64,000 nucleotides of DNA from Rhodovulum sulfidophilum (GCA_003241785.1 QFPW01000013.1:53420-117419); one strand, 5' to 3'; positions 1-8,963 are shown, counted from the stretch's first letter. Numbers and translations are program-made. Notes: a model not told the origin generated them from the letters alone.

Positions 1-168
1 GGCCGTGATCCATGGGCCGGGCCAGCCCTCGGGCCGCGGCGAACGGTCGGCGCCCAGGACCTCGCTGCCCGCGGCGTTGAGCCTGTCGGCCACCGCGCCG
101 CCGATGCCGCCTCCGGCGCCGACGACCAGGACGCGGCCGGGCAGGTCCAGCGTGACGGCGGCGGTCAC
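1..168 (-). CDS. Short-chain dehydrogenase/reductase (partial; N-terminus only, continues beyond window start)
   Basis: The minus-strand frame starts at GTG 168-166, preceded by GGAGAA. It reads VTAAVTLDLPGRVLVVGAGGGIGGAVADRLNAAGSEVLGADR, a Rossmann glycine-rich loop. The GTG overlaps the stop of the upstream GntR gene (GTGA). This frame is not in the ORF track because it has no stop inside the window. Confidence 0.6.
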   Translation of the reverse strand, partial: MTAAVTLDLPGRVLVVGAGGGIGGAVADRLNAAGSEVLGADRSPRPEGWPGPWITA

Positions 169-842
169 AATCCGTTCTCCGCCAGGATCGTGGCCAGATC
201 CTCGCCCGCGCGGCGAATATGCGCGCGCGCCGCTTCCCGCGCGGCCTCCGGGTCCCGCCGGCGCAGGGCCTCGATCAGCTCGGCGTGCTCGGCGATGGTC
301 AGGCTGGCCCGGCCGGGAATGAGCTGGTAGCCCAGGCGGTAGCGGGCCGAGCCGGTCCAGACATCCTCCAGCATGCGGCTGAGCTGGTCGCTGCCCGTCG
401 CCTGGAGGATGCGGCGGTGGAGCGCCCAGTTCGCCACCCCCATGGCGGTGAAGTCCTGGCGCTCGTACGCCTCGGCGAATTCGGCGTTGATCTCGGTCAG
501 GTCGTCTGCGAGCGCCGTGTCGGCGGACCGGGCGGCGCGCCAGGCCGCCAGCCCCTCCAGCTCGCAGCGGATCTCGAACAGGTCCCGCGCCGTCTGCGCC
601 GAGAGGCCGACCACCCGCATCCCCTTGTGCGGCTCGCTTTCGACGAGGCCTTCGCGCTCGAGTTTCAGGAGCGCCTCGCGAACCGGCATGTTCGAAAGGC
701 CGAGCTCCTGCGACAATTCCGCCAGCGTCATGCGCTGGCCGGGCGCGTAGGTGCCGTTGATGATCTGCTCGCGCAGGAATTCGTAGACCAGATCCGCCTT
801 GCGGCGGTGGAGGATCGGGCCGGTCTTGAGGTGTTCGATCAT
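165..842 (-). CDS. GntR/FadR-family transcriptional regulator (225 aa)
   Basis: This is the C-terminal 225 aa of ORF 165..1580(-), starting MIEHLKTGPILHRRKADLVYEFLREQI. It has the winged-HTH stretch LAELSQELGLSNMPVREALLKLEREGLV followed by an all-helical FCD-like domain. The ATG at 842 overlaps the upstream gene stop (ATGA). Confidence 0.85.
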   Translation of the reverse strand: MIEHLKTGPILHRRKADLVYEFLREQIINGTYAPGQRMTLAELSQELGLSNMPVREALLKLEREGLVESEPHKGMRVVGLSAQTARDLFEIRCELEGLAAWRAARSADTALADDLTEINAEFAEAYERQDFTAMGVANWALHRRILQATGSDQLSRMLEDVWTGSARYRLGYQLIPGRASLTIAEHAELIEALRRRDPEAAREAARAHIRRAGEDLATILAENGL

Positions 843-1582
843 CGTCTGTCCTTGCGCGGGCGCCACGTGTCGCGGGGGACGGGCCGCGGATCGGGGTCGT
901 GGATGGGAAGCAGAGCTTCGCTCCGTTCCGCGAGGTCGTCGACCAGTCGATGCCAGAGGCCCGCCTCCTCGGCGGCGCCGAGGGCGACGCCCTCGGTGAG
1001 GTTGCGTGTCGTGAAGACCGGGTCGGCGATGGCGACGCGCCCCTCCGGCGTCTGGACGATGACGGCGGCGGAGGCCGGATGATGCACGCCGACCTCCATC
1101 AGCGCGAGGCCCGGCAGGATCTCCGCCTCCCCGGCCACGGGACGGGCGGCCCGGACGGCCGCGCGCACCTCGGGCGGCAGAGGGTGGACGAGCGCCGGCT
1201 CCTCCGGCAGGGCGAGGTCGGCGAGGCCCCGCGCGGAGGCATGGACCGGGATGCCCGCGAGAGCCGGGAGCCCGCCCGCCGCGTAGGGGCCGAAGCTCGT
1301 GAGCAGGATGGCGTCGGGTCGGATCCCACGCGCCGCGAGCGTCGTCTCCAGTCGGGGTCCGCGGGGGCGGAAGCCCGAAGCCGGCCCCTTCCGCGCCCGG
1401 ATCGCCGCGTTGAGGGCGGCGTGGTCGGCCGGCAGCCCCGTGTCGACCAGCACCGTCGCCGGGCCGTGAAGCAGGAAGGCGTGGATCGCGATGTCTTCCA
1501 TGGTGCCGAAGCCCCGCTGGAAGAACACCTCCGGCCCGGGCACGGCGCAGTCGTAGAGCGGCAGGATCTCGATCTCCCACAT
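839..1582 (-). CDS. Metallo-beta-lactamase-fold protein with degenerate metal-binding motif
   Basis: The 247-aa ORF has MBL-like blocks (ATVLVDTG; LLTSFGPYAAGG where THxHxDHxGG is expected; VGVHHPAS; LLPIHDPD). It is co-oriented and coupled with its neighbours. Confidence 0.55.
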   Translation of the reverse strand: MWEIEILPLYDCAVPGPEVFFQRGFGTMEDIAIHAFLLHGPATVLVDTGLPADHAALNAAIRARKGPASGFRPRGPRLETTLAARGIRPDAILLTSFGPYAAGGLPALAGIPVHASARGLADLALPEEPALVHPLPPEVRAAVRAARPVAGEAEILPGLALMEVGVHHPASAAVIVQTPEGRVAIADPVFTTRNLTEGVALGAAEEAGLWHRLVDDLAERSEALLPIHDPDPRPVPRDTWRPRKDRR

Positions 1583-1586
1583 CGGC

Positions 1587-2483
1587 CTAGCCCGCGATCC
1601 GATGTAGCCAGTCGGTCATGCCGCTCTCCAGCGTGAAGCGGGGTTGCCAGCCAAAATCCGCGCGCGCGCGGTCGAGCCTGCAGGCGCCCCGCAAATGGCG
1701 GGCGGGGTCTATCCCCGGAGCTTGGGCGATCCGCGCGCGCGGGACAAGATGCTTCACCACGCCCGCCAGCTCCCGCCGATAGCGAAGCACGCCCCCGGTG
1801 ACGTTGTAGACGTCGCGCGGCAGCGCCGGGGCCGTCGCGGCGGTCACCAGCGCCTCGGCCAGATCGACGACATAGGTGAAGTCGCAGGGATGGTCGCCCC
1901 CCGCCGCCTCCTCCACCGCCTCGCCTTCCAGGACGCGCGGCAGGAAGTACTCGCCGATCTGGTTGCCGCGGCCGTAGACGAAGCCTGTGCGGAAGGACGC
2001 CACGCTGCCGCCGTAGGTGCGCCGGTGGGTGGCGCAATAGACCTCGGACATCAGCTTGCTGCCGTCGTAGACGGTGAGCGGGTCGGCGCGGTCGTCCTCG
2101 GAGAGCGGCGCGAGATCGGGGCGATCGCCGTAGAGCGTCGCCGTCGAGACGTTGAGAAAGCGCGCGCCGACGGCGAGGGCCTCCTCCAGGAGCGCGGCCG
2201 TGGCCGTCACGTTGACGTCGAGCGTCATGAGCGGGTCCACCCGCGACCGGGCCGGCCCCACGACCGCCGCGCAGTGGATCACGGCCTCGACGTCGCGCAT
2301 CGCCTCCCGCCCGGCGGCGCGGTCGCGGATGTCGAACGTCGCCGTCTCATCTGGCCGCGCCCAGAGCCGGCCGGTCGGCCAGGCGAAATCGGCCAGCCGC
2401 ACCCGGTGCCCCCGCGCCTGCGCGGTCTCGGTGATATGCTGGGCGACCATTCCGCTGCCGCCGGTCACGAGAAAGGTCGCCAT
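1587..2483 (-). CDS. NAD-dependent epimerase/dehydratase family protein
   Basis: The 298-aa ORF starts MATFLVTGGSGMVAQH (GxxGxxG) and carries YDGSK (YxxxK), the extended-SDR architecture. Confidence 0.85.
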   Translation of the reverse strand: MATFLVTGGSGMVAQHITETAQARGHRVRLADFAWPTGRLWARPDETATFDIRDRAAGREAMRDVEAVIHCAAVVGPARSRVDPLMTLDVNVTATAALLEEALAVGARFLNVSTATLYGDRPDLAPLSEDDRADPLTVYDGSKLMSEVYCATHRRTYGGSVASFRTGFVYGRGNQIGEYFLPRVLEGEAVEEAAGGDHPCDFTYVVDLAEALVTAATAPALPRDVYNVTGGVLRYRRELAGVVKHLVPRARIAQAPGIDPARHLRGACRLDRARADFGWQPRFTLESGMTDWLHRIAG

Positions 2484-2836
2484 CAGCCGGGCAGTTCCAC
2501 GGTGGTGACGGGAAGGTCGCCCGTGAGCTGGACGATGTTGAGAAACTGGAGCGGCCCCGCGCCGGTATTGGTCAGCGCGTGCGGGACGTGAGGGGGAGTC
2601 GCGATGACATCCCCCTCGCCCACCGGAATGGCCGCCTCGCCCACGCGGGCCACGCCGGTGCCGGTCAGGATGACCCAGTATTCGGTCTTGCCGGTATGCA
2701 CGTGCAGCGACACCGATTGCCCGGCCGAGACGGAGTAGCGCGAGAGCTTGGCGGGCGGGTCGGCCCTGTTGACCCAGCGGATGGCGAGCCGTTCGGCCCC
2801 GCCATGCAGGATTTCGGGGGAGGCGGGCTGTGTCAT
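2483..2836 (-). CDS. Cupin-domain protein (117 aa)
   Basis: The internal start MTQPASPEIL lies in ORF 2483..3862(-). Cupin motifs are SLHVHTGKTEYWVILTGTG (HxH...E...G) and GDVIATPPHVPHALTN. The ATG at 2836 overlaps the dctM stop (ATGA). Confidence 0.8.
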   Translation of the reverse strand: MTQPASPEILHGGAERLAIRWVNRADPPAKLSRYSVSAGQSVSLHVHTGKTEYWVILTGTGVARVGEAAIPVGEGDVIATPPHVPHALTNTGAGPLQFLNIVQLTGDLPVTTVELPG

Positions 2837-4119
2837 GGGAGAGCAGGTCCGTATACGAGGTCGGGAAGCCACAGCACGAGTTGCGGCACGAAAGTGATGA
2901 GCGCGAGCACGACGAGGAAGCCGCCGATGAAGGGCAGCGCCTCCCTGGCCACGGCCATGATCGGAGCGCGCGCGATGTTGGCGACGATGAAGAGCGCCAT
3001 GCCGACCGGCGGATGGATCATCCCGATCATCATGTTGACGATCATCACCATGCCGAAGTGGACCGGGTCGATCCCGACCGCGACGATGGCCGGGACCACC
3101 ACCGGCGTGACGAGGATGAGCGTGGCGGAGACGTCGAGCAGCATTCCCAGCAGCAGCAGGAAGACGTTGAGGAAGAGCAGCAGCAGGATGGGCGAGAGCT
3201 GCATGTCCAGCACCCACTGGGTGATGCCCTGCGGGATCTGCTCGCGCGCGAGGATCCAGGCGAAGACATTGGCGCTGGCCACGATCACCATGATCCCCCC
3301 GGTGGAGAGCACCGTGTCGCGGAAGGCGAGCGCGATCTCGCTGGCCCGCGTCTGCCGGTGGTAGACCGCCGCCAGCAGGAGGGCGTAGAGCACCCCCACC
3401 GCCGCGACCTCCGTCGCGGTGAAGATGCCGGTGCGCATCCCGCCGATGAGGCCGATCGGCACCACCAGCGCGGGCAGCGCCTTCCAGGTGGCGCGGCCGC
3501 GGTCGGGCCAGTCCATGCGGGGGTGGACGGGCAGGTCCATCGTCTTGCCGCGGTAGTGGACGATGCCCATGAGGACGGCCACCATCAGCAGTCCCGGAAC
3601 CACGCCGGCGAGGAACATCCGGCCGATGGAGACATCGGCGATGAAGGCGTAGAGGACCGCGACGGTCGAGGGCGGCAGCACCGGTCCGATCGTCGCCGAG
3701 GCCGCCGTGATCGCCGCCGAGAAGCGCGCCGTGTAGCCCTTGAGCATCATCGCCCGGATCTCGACCGTGCCGAGGCCGGCCGCGTCGGCGAGCGCCGAGC
3801 CCGACATGCCGGAGAACACCAGCGATCCGATGATGTTGACCTGCGCCAGGCCCGCGCGCCAATGGCCGACCATGGCGACGGAGAAGTCGAAGATCCGCTG
3901 GGTCACGCCGCTCGCGTTCATCAGATTGCCCATGAGCAGGAACATGGGGATGGCGATCAGGGTGAAGCTGTCGATCCCGAAGGCCAGGCGCTGGCCGACG
4001 ATGGAGAGCGGCACTCCCGCCACGACCACGCCGCCGATGCCGACGAGGAGCAGGCTCGCCGCCACGGGGATGCCCGCGGCCAGGAGGGCGAACAGCGAAA
4101 GGATGTAGAGAGCGCTCAT
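2833..4119 (-). CDS. dctM: TRAP transporter large permease
   Basis: The 428-aa polytopic membrane protein starts MSALYILSLFALLAAGIPVAASLLL and contains IAIPMFLLMGNLMNASG, typical of DctM. It follows dctQ with a 4-nt overlap. Confidence 0.9.
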   Translation of the reverse strand: MSALYILSLFALLAAGIPVAASLLLVGIGGVVVAGVPLSIVGQRLAFGIDSFTLIAIPMFLLMGNLMNASGVTQRIFDFSVAMVGHWRAGLAQVNIIGSLVFSGMSGSALADAAGLGTVEIRAMMLKGYTARFSAAITAASATIGPVLPPSTVAVLYAFIADVSIGRMFLAGVVPGLLMVAVLMGIVHYRGKTMDLPVHPRMDWPDRGRATWKALPALVVPIGLIGGMRTGIFTATEVAAVGVLYALLLAAVYHRQTRASEIALAFRDTVLSTGGIMVIVASANVFAWILAREQIPQGITQWVLDMQLSPILLLLFLNVFLLLLGMLLDVSATLILVTPVVVPAIVAVGIDPVHFGMVMIVNMMIGMIHPPVGMALFIVANIARAPIMAVAREALPFIGGFLVVLALITFVPQLVLWLPDLVYGPALP

Positions 4120-4637
4120 GTCAGAGCCTTCGGTAGGTCATGCCCCTCGGCACCGACGGGATCAACGAAGGCGCGCAGCAGGCGCAGCGCGCAGTGGAAC
4201 GCGGTGAGCATCCCGCCCGCGACCAGGGGCCAGGCGAGAAGCGAGGTCGGAAGCTCCGTCGCCACCATGGGCATGCCCCGCACCGCCTGGGCGAGGGCGT
4301 GGCCCTGGGTCGCGACGAAGATGAAGAGCACGACCATGACGGCGTCCCGGATCATGCGGGAGGCGCGGCGCGGCCCGGGCGGCAGCATCTCGACGAATGT
4401 GTCGACGGCGAGGTCGCCGCCCTGGCGCGTGAGGGCCGCGGCGCCGATGAACGTCATCCAGACGAGAAGCAGGCGCGCGATCTCCTCGACCCACATGAAG
4501 GGCGAGTGAAAGAGATAGCGCGAGAAGATCTGGAGGTTGACCACCGCCGCCAGGATGGCGACGGCGGCCATGCCGATCGCATCCTCGGCACGGCCGATGA
4601 GCGTCTCGGCGCGGGTCAGAAGCACATGCGCGGTCAT
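4116..4637 (-). CDS. dctQ: TRAP transporter small permease
   Basis: The 173-aa protein has about four hydrophobic segments and sits between dctP and dctM, overlapping the dctM start. Confidence 0.85.
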   Translation of the reverse strand: MTAHVLLTRAETLIGRAEDAIGMAAVAILAAVVNLQIFSRYLFHSPFMWVEEIARLLLVWMTFIGAAALTRQGGDLAVDTFVEMLPPGPRRASRMIRDAVMVVLFIFVATQGHALAQAVRGMPMVATELPTSLLAWPLVAGGMLTAFHCALRLLRAFVDPVGAEGHDLPKALT

Positions 4638-4640
4638 CGC

Positions 4641-5657
4641 TCAGCCAATCCCCACGTCGCGGATGCGGTCGTAGAGGCCGACGTCGCCCCCCCAGCTCGG
4701 AGCGATGTCCGGTATGGACCTGAGCGCGGCCGCTTCCCAGGCGGCGAGGTCGTCGGGCGCCCGGAGGGTCATGCCGGCGGCCGTGAGCTTCTGCTTGACC
4801 TCCTCCTCGCCGCTCGTGAAGGCCTCGGTGACCAGTTCCGAGCCCGTGCGCAGCGCGGCGGTGAGGGCGGCCTGATCCTCGGGCGCGAGCTGCGACCAGG
4901 CCATGTCCGAGATCAGGATCGGTCCCGGCGCCGCGAAGGACCAGGCGACGAGGTTCACATAGCCCGTCACCTCGAAGAGCTTCTGGCTCAGCACCGTGTC
5001 GAGCGGCACGTCGGCCCCGTCGACGATGCCCGATTCGAGCGCCTGGTACATCTCCGCGAAGGCGATCGGGGTCGGGACGGCGCCGAAGCTGCGGAAGACC
5101 TGCGGATAGGGCGGCAGGTCGGCCACCCGGATCTTCTCGCCGCCGATCGCGGCCAGTGTCTCGTAGGGTTGGTCGCGCGAGATGATGTGGCGCGTGCCGC
5201 GGTGGAACCAGCCGCAGACATGAAGCTGGGATTGCTCGAGCAGGCGGCGGTTCCATTCCGCGCCGATCTCGCCGTAGACCACCTGCTCCCAGTGCGGATT
5301 GTCGCGGAAGAGATAGGGCGCGTCGAGGACGGCCAGCTCCTTCAGATGCACGTTCGCCCCGCCCGGGGAGGCGAGCAGCATGTCCACGCCGCCGGTGCGC
5401 AGCGCGATGTTCATGTCCCGCTCCGTGCCCAGCTGGGAGGAGGGGAAAATCTCGAGCTTCACCCGGCCATCGGTGGCGGCCTCGACCTCCCGCCCCGCGA
5501 GCTCGAGCCCGCGATGGAACTGATGCGTGGCCGCCAGCACATGGCCGACCCGGAGCCGCGTGGTCGCGGCCCGGGCCAGGCCGGGGGCGAGCCCGGCCGT
5601 TCCCGCGAACGCGGCCCCGAGGGCCAGCGCGCGGCGCCGCGTCGTTCTTGTCGTCAT
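4641..5657 (-). CDS. dctP: TRAP transporter substrate-binding protein
   Basis: The internal start MTTRTTRRRALALGAAFAGTAGLAPGLARA is a Tat-like signal peptide, preceded by GGAGGAGAG. A DctP-family body follows (RVGHVLAATHQFH, KLEIFPSSQLG). Confidence 0.9.
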   Translation of the reverse strand: MTTRTTRRRALALGAAFAGTAGLAPGLARAATTRLRVGHVLAATHQFHRGLELAGREVEAATDGRVKLEIFPSSQLGTERDMNIALRTGGVDMLLASPGGANVHLKELAVLDAPYLFRDNPHWEQVVYGEIGAEWNRRLLEQSQLHVCGWFHRGTRHIISRDQPYETLAAIGGEKIRVADLPPYPQVFRSFGAVPTPIAFAEMYQALESGIVDGADVPLDTVLSQKLFEVTGYVNLVAWSFAAPGPILISDMAWSQLAPEDQAALTAALRTGSELVTEAFTSGEEEVKQKLTAAGMTLRAPDDLAAWEAAALRSIPDIAPSWGGDVGLYDRIRDVGIG

Positions 5658-5713
5658 CTCTCTCCTCCCTGAGGGGCGAAAATCACGGTTTCCCGGGATC
5701 CGTTCCGCATTTT

Positions 5714-5735
5714 TTGATAATTGATATTTGATCAA
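5714..5735. promoter_or_regulatory. Candidate operator: three TTGAT direct repeats at 7-bp spacing ending in palindrome TTGATCAA
   Basis: TTGATaaTTGATatTTGATCAA lies in the only AT-rich patch of the divergent dctP / dehydrogenase intergenic region (5658-5781). Confidence 0.4.
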
Positions 5736-5781
5736 ACCATGGTAGATCAGCCCTGGCAAGAGGATTTTTCGGGAGGACGGA

Positions 5782-6747
5782 ATGCACGGGCAACGGGTGG
5801 TGGTCACCGACAGTGGCTTTGAAGACCTGGACCGGGAACGGCTGGCGGCGGAGCGAAGGGGAGCCGCCTTCGAGGCGCGGCAATGCCGGACGGCGGAGGA
5901 GGTGCGGGAGGCGGTCGCCGGGGCCGCCGTCGCGGTGGTGCAGTTCGCGCCGGTCGACGGCCGGGCGCTGGACGGGCTTTCGCCGGGCGCGCGACTGATC
6001 CGCTACGGGGTCGGCTTCGACAATATCGACGTCGCGGCGGCGCGGGCGCGCGGCCATGACGTGGCGTATGTGCCCGATTATTGCGCCGGCGAAGTCGCCG
6101 ACCACACGGCCGCGATGGCCCTCGCGCTTCTGCGCGGCCTGCCGATCCTGGACAGGCAGGTGCGCGACGGCGGATGGGGCGTCGTGAAGGCCACCCCCGC
6201 CATCGCGGCGGGAGGCGACGTCACCGTGGGGTTCCTCGGGCTCGGACGGATCGGCCAGGCGACGCTGGCGCGGCTTCGGGGCTTCGGGTTCAGGTTCGTC
6301 GTCGACGATCCGCGGATCGACGAATCGACGGCGGCGGATCTCGGCCTCGGCCGCGTGAGCCGGGCCGAGCTGCTCGGCCGCTCGGACGTGGTGATCCTGC
6401 ATCTGCCGCTTTGCGACGCCACGCGCCACGTGCTCGACGCGGAGGCGCTGGCGGCGATGAAGCCCGGCGCGCTTCTGGTCAACACGGCGCGCGGCGGCCT
6501 CGTCGACGAGACGGCGCTCGCCCGGGCGCTGGAGGAGGGCCATCTGGGCGGCGCCGCCCTCGACGTGTTCGAGACCGAGCCGCTTCCGGCCGAATCGCCG
6601 CTTCGATCCGCCCCGCGCCTCCTTTTGTCGCCGCACGCCTCCTGGTATTCGCGGACGGCCATCGCCAGGCTGCAGACGCTGGTCGCGGAGGAGATCGATC
6701 GCGCCCTGACCGGCCAGCCGCCGCGCTGCCCCGTGCCCGCCGTCTGA
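5782..6747 (+). CDS. D-isomer-specific 2-hydroxyacid dehydrogenase family protein
   Basis: The 321-aa ORF has a GGGAGGA RBS and the NAD loop GFLGLGRIGQATLARL. Catalytic-region blocks are NTARGGLVDE and LSPHASWYS. Confidence 0.85.
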   Translation: MHGQRVVVTDSGFEDLDRERLAAERRGAAFEARQCRTAEEVREAVAGAAVAVVQFAPVDGRALDGLSPGARLIRYGVGFDNIDVAAARARGHDVAYVPDYCAGEVADHTAAMALALLRGLPILDRQVRDGGWGVVKATPAIAAGGDVTVGFLGLGRIGQATLARLRGFGFRFVVDDPRIDESTAADLGLGRVSRAELLGRSDVVILHLPLCDATRHVLDAEALAAMKPGALLVNTARGGLVDETALARALEEGHLGGAALDVFETEPLPAESPLRSAPRLLLSPHASWYSRTAIARLQTLVAEEIDRALTGQPPRCPVPAV

Positions 6748-6774
6748 TCCCTGGCCACGAAGAAGGAAAGCCAA

Positions 6775-7611
6775 ATGAAACTCGTGAGATATGGTCTGGC
6801 CGGTGAGGAAAGGCCGGGCCTCGTGGACGCGGACGGACGGATCCGCGACCTGTCCGGGCATGTCGGCGGCCTCGGGGGCGCGACCCTCGCCCCGGAGACC
6901 CTCGCACGGCTCGCCGCGCTCGATCCCGCCACCCTGCCCCGCGCGCCGGAGGGCGTCCGGCTCGGGCCCTGCGTCGAGCGCCCGGGGAATTTCATCGCCG
7001 TCGGCCTCAACTACGCCGACCACGCGGCCGAAACGGGAGCCGCCATTCCCGCCGAGCCGATCCTGTTCAACAAGGCGCCCTCCTGCGTCGTCGGCCCGGA
7101 CGACGACATCCGGATCCCGCCCGGCTCCCGGCGGACCGATTGGGAGGTCGAGCTCGCCATCGTCATCGGCCGGCGCGCCTCCTATGTCTCGGAGGCGGAC
7201 GCCCTGGCCCATGTAGCCGGGTTCTGCGTTTGCAACGACGTCTCGGAGCGCGACTACCAGCTCGAGCGCGGCGGAACCTGGACGAAGGGGAAAGGTTGCC
7301 CGACCTTCGGGCCGCTCGGGCCTTGGCTGGTCACCCCCGACGAGGTCCCGGAGGTGGACCGGCTGTCGATGTGGCTCGACGTGAACGGGACCCGGATGCA
7401 GGCGGGCTCGACCGCGACGATGATCTTCGGGGCGCCGTTCCTCGTCGCCTACATATCGCAATTCATGATCCTGGAGCCGGGCGACGTCATCACGACCGGC
7501 ACGCCGCCCGGCGTCGGCATGGGCCAGAAGCCGCCGCGCTATCTGGCCCCGGGCGATATCGTGGAGCTCGGGATCGACGGACTGGGCCGGCAACGCCAGC
7601 GGGTCGTCTGA
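6775..7611 (+). CDS. Fumarylacetoacetate hydrolase (FAH) family protein
   Basis: The 278-aa ORF has a GAAGGAAAG RBS. FAH blocks are GLNYADHAAE, EVELAIVIG, CVCNDVSERDYQ and TKGKGCPTFGPLGPWLV. Confidence 0.85.
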   Translation: MKLVRYGLAGEERPGLVDADGRIRDLSGHVGGLGGATLAPETLARLAALDPATLPRAPEGVRLGPCVERPGNFIAVGLNYADHAAETGAAIPAEPILFNKAPSCVVGPDDDIRIPPGSRRTDWEVELAIVIGRRASYVSEADALAHVAGFCVCNDVSERDYQLERGGTWTKGKGCPTFGPLGPWLVTPDEVPEVDRLSMWLDVNGTRMQAGSTATMIFGAPFLVAYISQFMILEPGDVITTGTPPGVGMGQKPPRYLAPGDIVELGIDGLGRQRQRVV

Positions 7612-7673
7612 CCCGGGGCGCCGCGCCGCCGGCTGGGCGGCCTCCCCAGGAGAGCGGGCGACGCGAGCCCCTG

Positions 7674-7703
7674 CCCCGCCCGCCGACGAAGGCGCGGGCG
7701 GGG
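7674..7703 (+). terminator. GC-rich hairpin downstream of the FAH gene (10-bp perfect stem, no U-tract)
   Basis: CCCCGCCCGC (7674-7683) pairs with GCGGGCGGGG (7694-7703). It sits 63 nt after the stop at 7611. Confidence 0.4.
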
Positions 7704-7841
7704 ATCACAGGGCGCGATGACGGGCCCCCCAAGAGCGGTCTCGATGGCGATCCGCGACCATTCCGGGCCGCCGCGCGTGGAACGTTTCGGACAAACCGCG
7801 GGTTCTCTGGTCTCAACCACCGCGAAAAGGGGGGATCAGGG

Positions 7842-8261
7842 ATGAAACGCCTTTATGGGACGCTGCTCGGCGCCGGGATGAGCCTGAGCGCGGGCATGGC
7901 CTTCGCCGATTGCGCGGCGGAGGTCGCGCGACTGAGCGAGGGGATCGCCAAGGACGGGTCGAACGCGCCGCTGGCCGAGACGGCGCCGTCGCCGGCCGAA
8001 GCCGCGCCTCCGGCGCGGGCGACCTCGCCGGAAGGCCTTCAGCAGGACGGGACCGAGGCGCCGCTCGGGGCGAGCCCCGATATCGCGACCTCGGGCCAGG
8101 ACGCCGCTTCGCAATCCGAGGGCGGCGACACCGCGGCGGCGCAGGCCACCGGCGCGGGCGTCGCGCCGCCGGACAAGGCCGAAGCGCTCGCCCGCGCGCG
8201 GGCGGCGCTCGACGCGGGCGACGAGCAGGCCTGCATGGATGCGATCGGCGACATCATGTAG
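7842..8261 (+). CDS. Small secreted low-complexity protein (139 aa), unknown function
   Basis: The start MKRLYGTLLGAGMSLSAGMAFA is a signal peptide (AFA-DC) with GGGGGGA upstream. About 90 aa of A/P/S/G/E/D-rich sequence are bracketed by two short helices, each with one Cys (C24, C131). Confidence 0.55.
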   Translation: MKRLYGTLLGAGMSLSAGMAFADCAAEVARLSEGIAKDGSNAPLAETAPSPAEAAPPARATSPEGLQQDGTEAPLGASPDIATSGQDAASQSEGGDTAAAQATGAGVAPPDKAEALARARAALDAGDEQACMDAIGDIM

Positions 8262-8450
8262 CGCCGCCGCCGGCCGCGCGCTTTCGCCCGCCGTCGCCGG
8301 AAACGGCCGGGGCGGTCCCCCGCTGCCGCGCCCGTTCGCGCCGGCCCGGGATCGCGGCGTCGCCAAACCCGTCGACGCCACCGGCGGCGGGGCTTGACGA
8401 AGCGTGGGCTTTTCCGGGAAAGGGCATGGCGGCGCGCGAATGGGGAGGTC

Positions 8451-8963
8451 ATGGCCGACTGGGATCCGCGGGAACTGTTCCGGGGTCACGCGGCGGGCGT
8501 CGCGCGATCGCTGCGGCGCGCCGGGCTCAGCCCCGAGACGGCCGAGGACCTGACCCAGGACGCCTTCCTGCGCGTGCTGCTGCGCGCCCCGGCCGCGCCG
8601 GGGCCCGGCGCCACCTTCAATCCGGTCGGCTATCTCTACGCCGTCGCCCGCAACCTGCGCGCCGATCACGCGCGGCGCACGCGGCGCGATCCCAGGGTCG
8701 CGCTTTCCGAGGCCGCCTTCGCCAACATCGCCGATCCGGCGCCGGGGGCGGAAACCGTCGTCTACGACCGCCAGCGGCTCGCGCTGGTCGAGGCCGCGCT
8801 CGCCGAGCTGCCCCCCCGCACCCGCCACGCCTTCGAGGCGCACCGGCTGGGCGAGCGGACGATCGCCGAGGTCGCGGCCGAGCTCGACCTTTCGGTCGGC
8901 CGGACCTGGGCGCTGATCCGCGACGCCTACGCCCATCTGCGGCGCCGGCTCGACGAGGCCTGA
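8451..8963 (+). CDS. ECF (sigma-70 family) RNA polymerase sigma factor, FecI-like
   Basis: The start MADWDP is preceded by GGGGAGG. Region 2 reads DLTQDAFLRVLL...YLYAVARNLRADH and region 4 reads RTIAEVAAELDLSVGRTWALIRDAYAHLR. An anti-sigma gene follows 3 nt downstream. Confidence 0.85.
   Translation: MADWDPRELFRGHAAGVARSLRRAGLSPETAEDLTQDAFLRVLLRAPAAPGPGATFNPVGYLYAVARNLRADHARRTRRDPRVALSEAAFANIADPAPGAETVVYDRQRLALVEAALAELPPRTRHAFEAHRLGERTIAEVAAELDLSVGRTWALIRDAYAHLRRRLDEA

Noticed and set aside
7779-7808. A possible ECF-type promoter (GGAAC ... TCTCT) upstream of the small secreted-protein gene.
   Set aside because: The spacer between GGAAC (7779-7783) and the putative -10 (7804-7808) is about 20 nt. 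That is longer than the 16-17 nt typical for ECF promoters, and no CGT-type -10 is present. The evidence is too weak to annotate.
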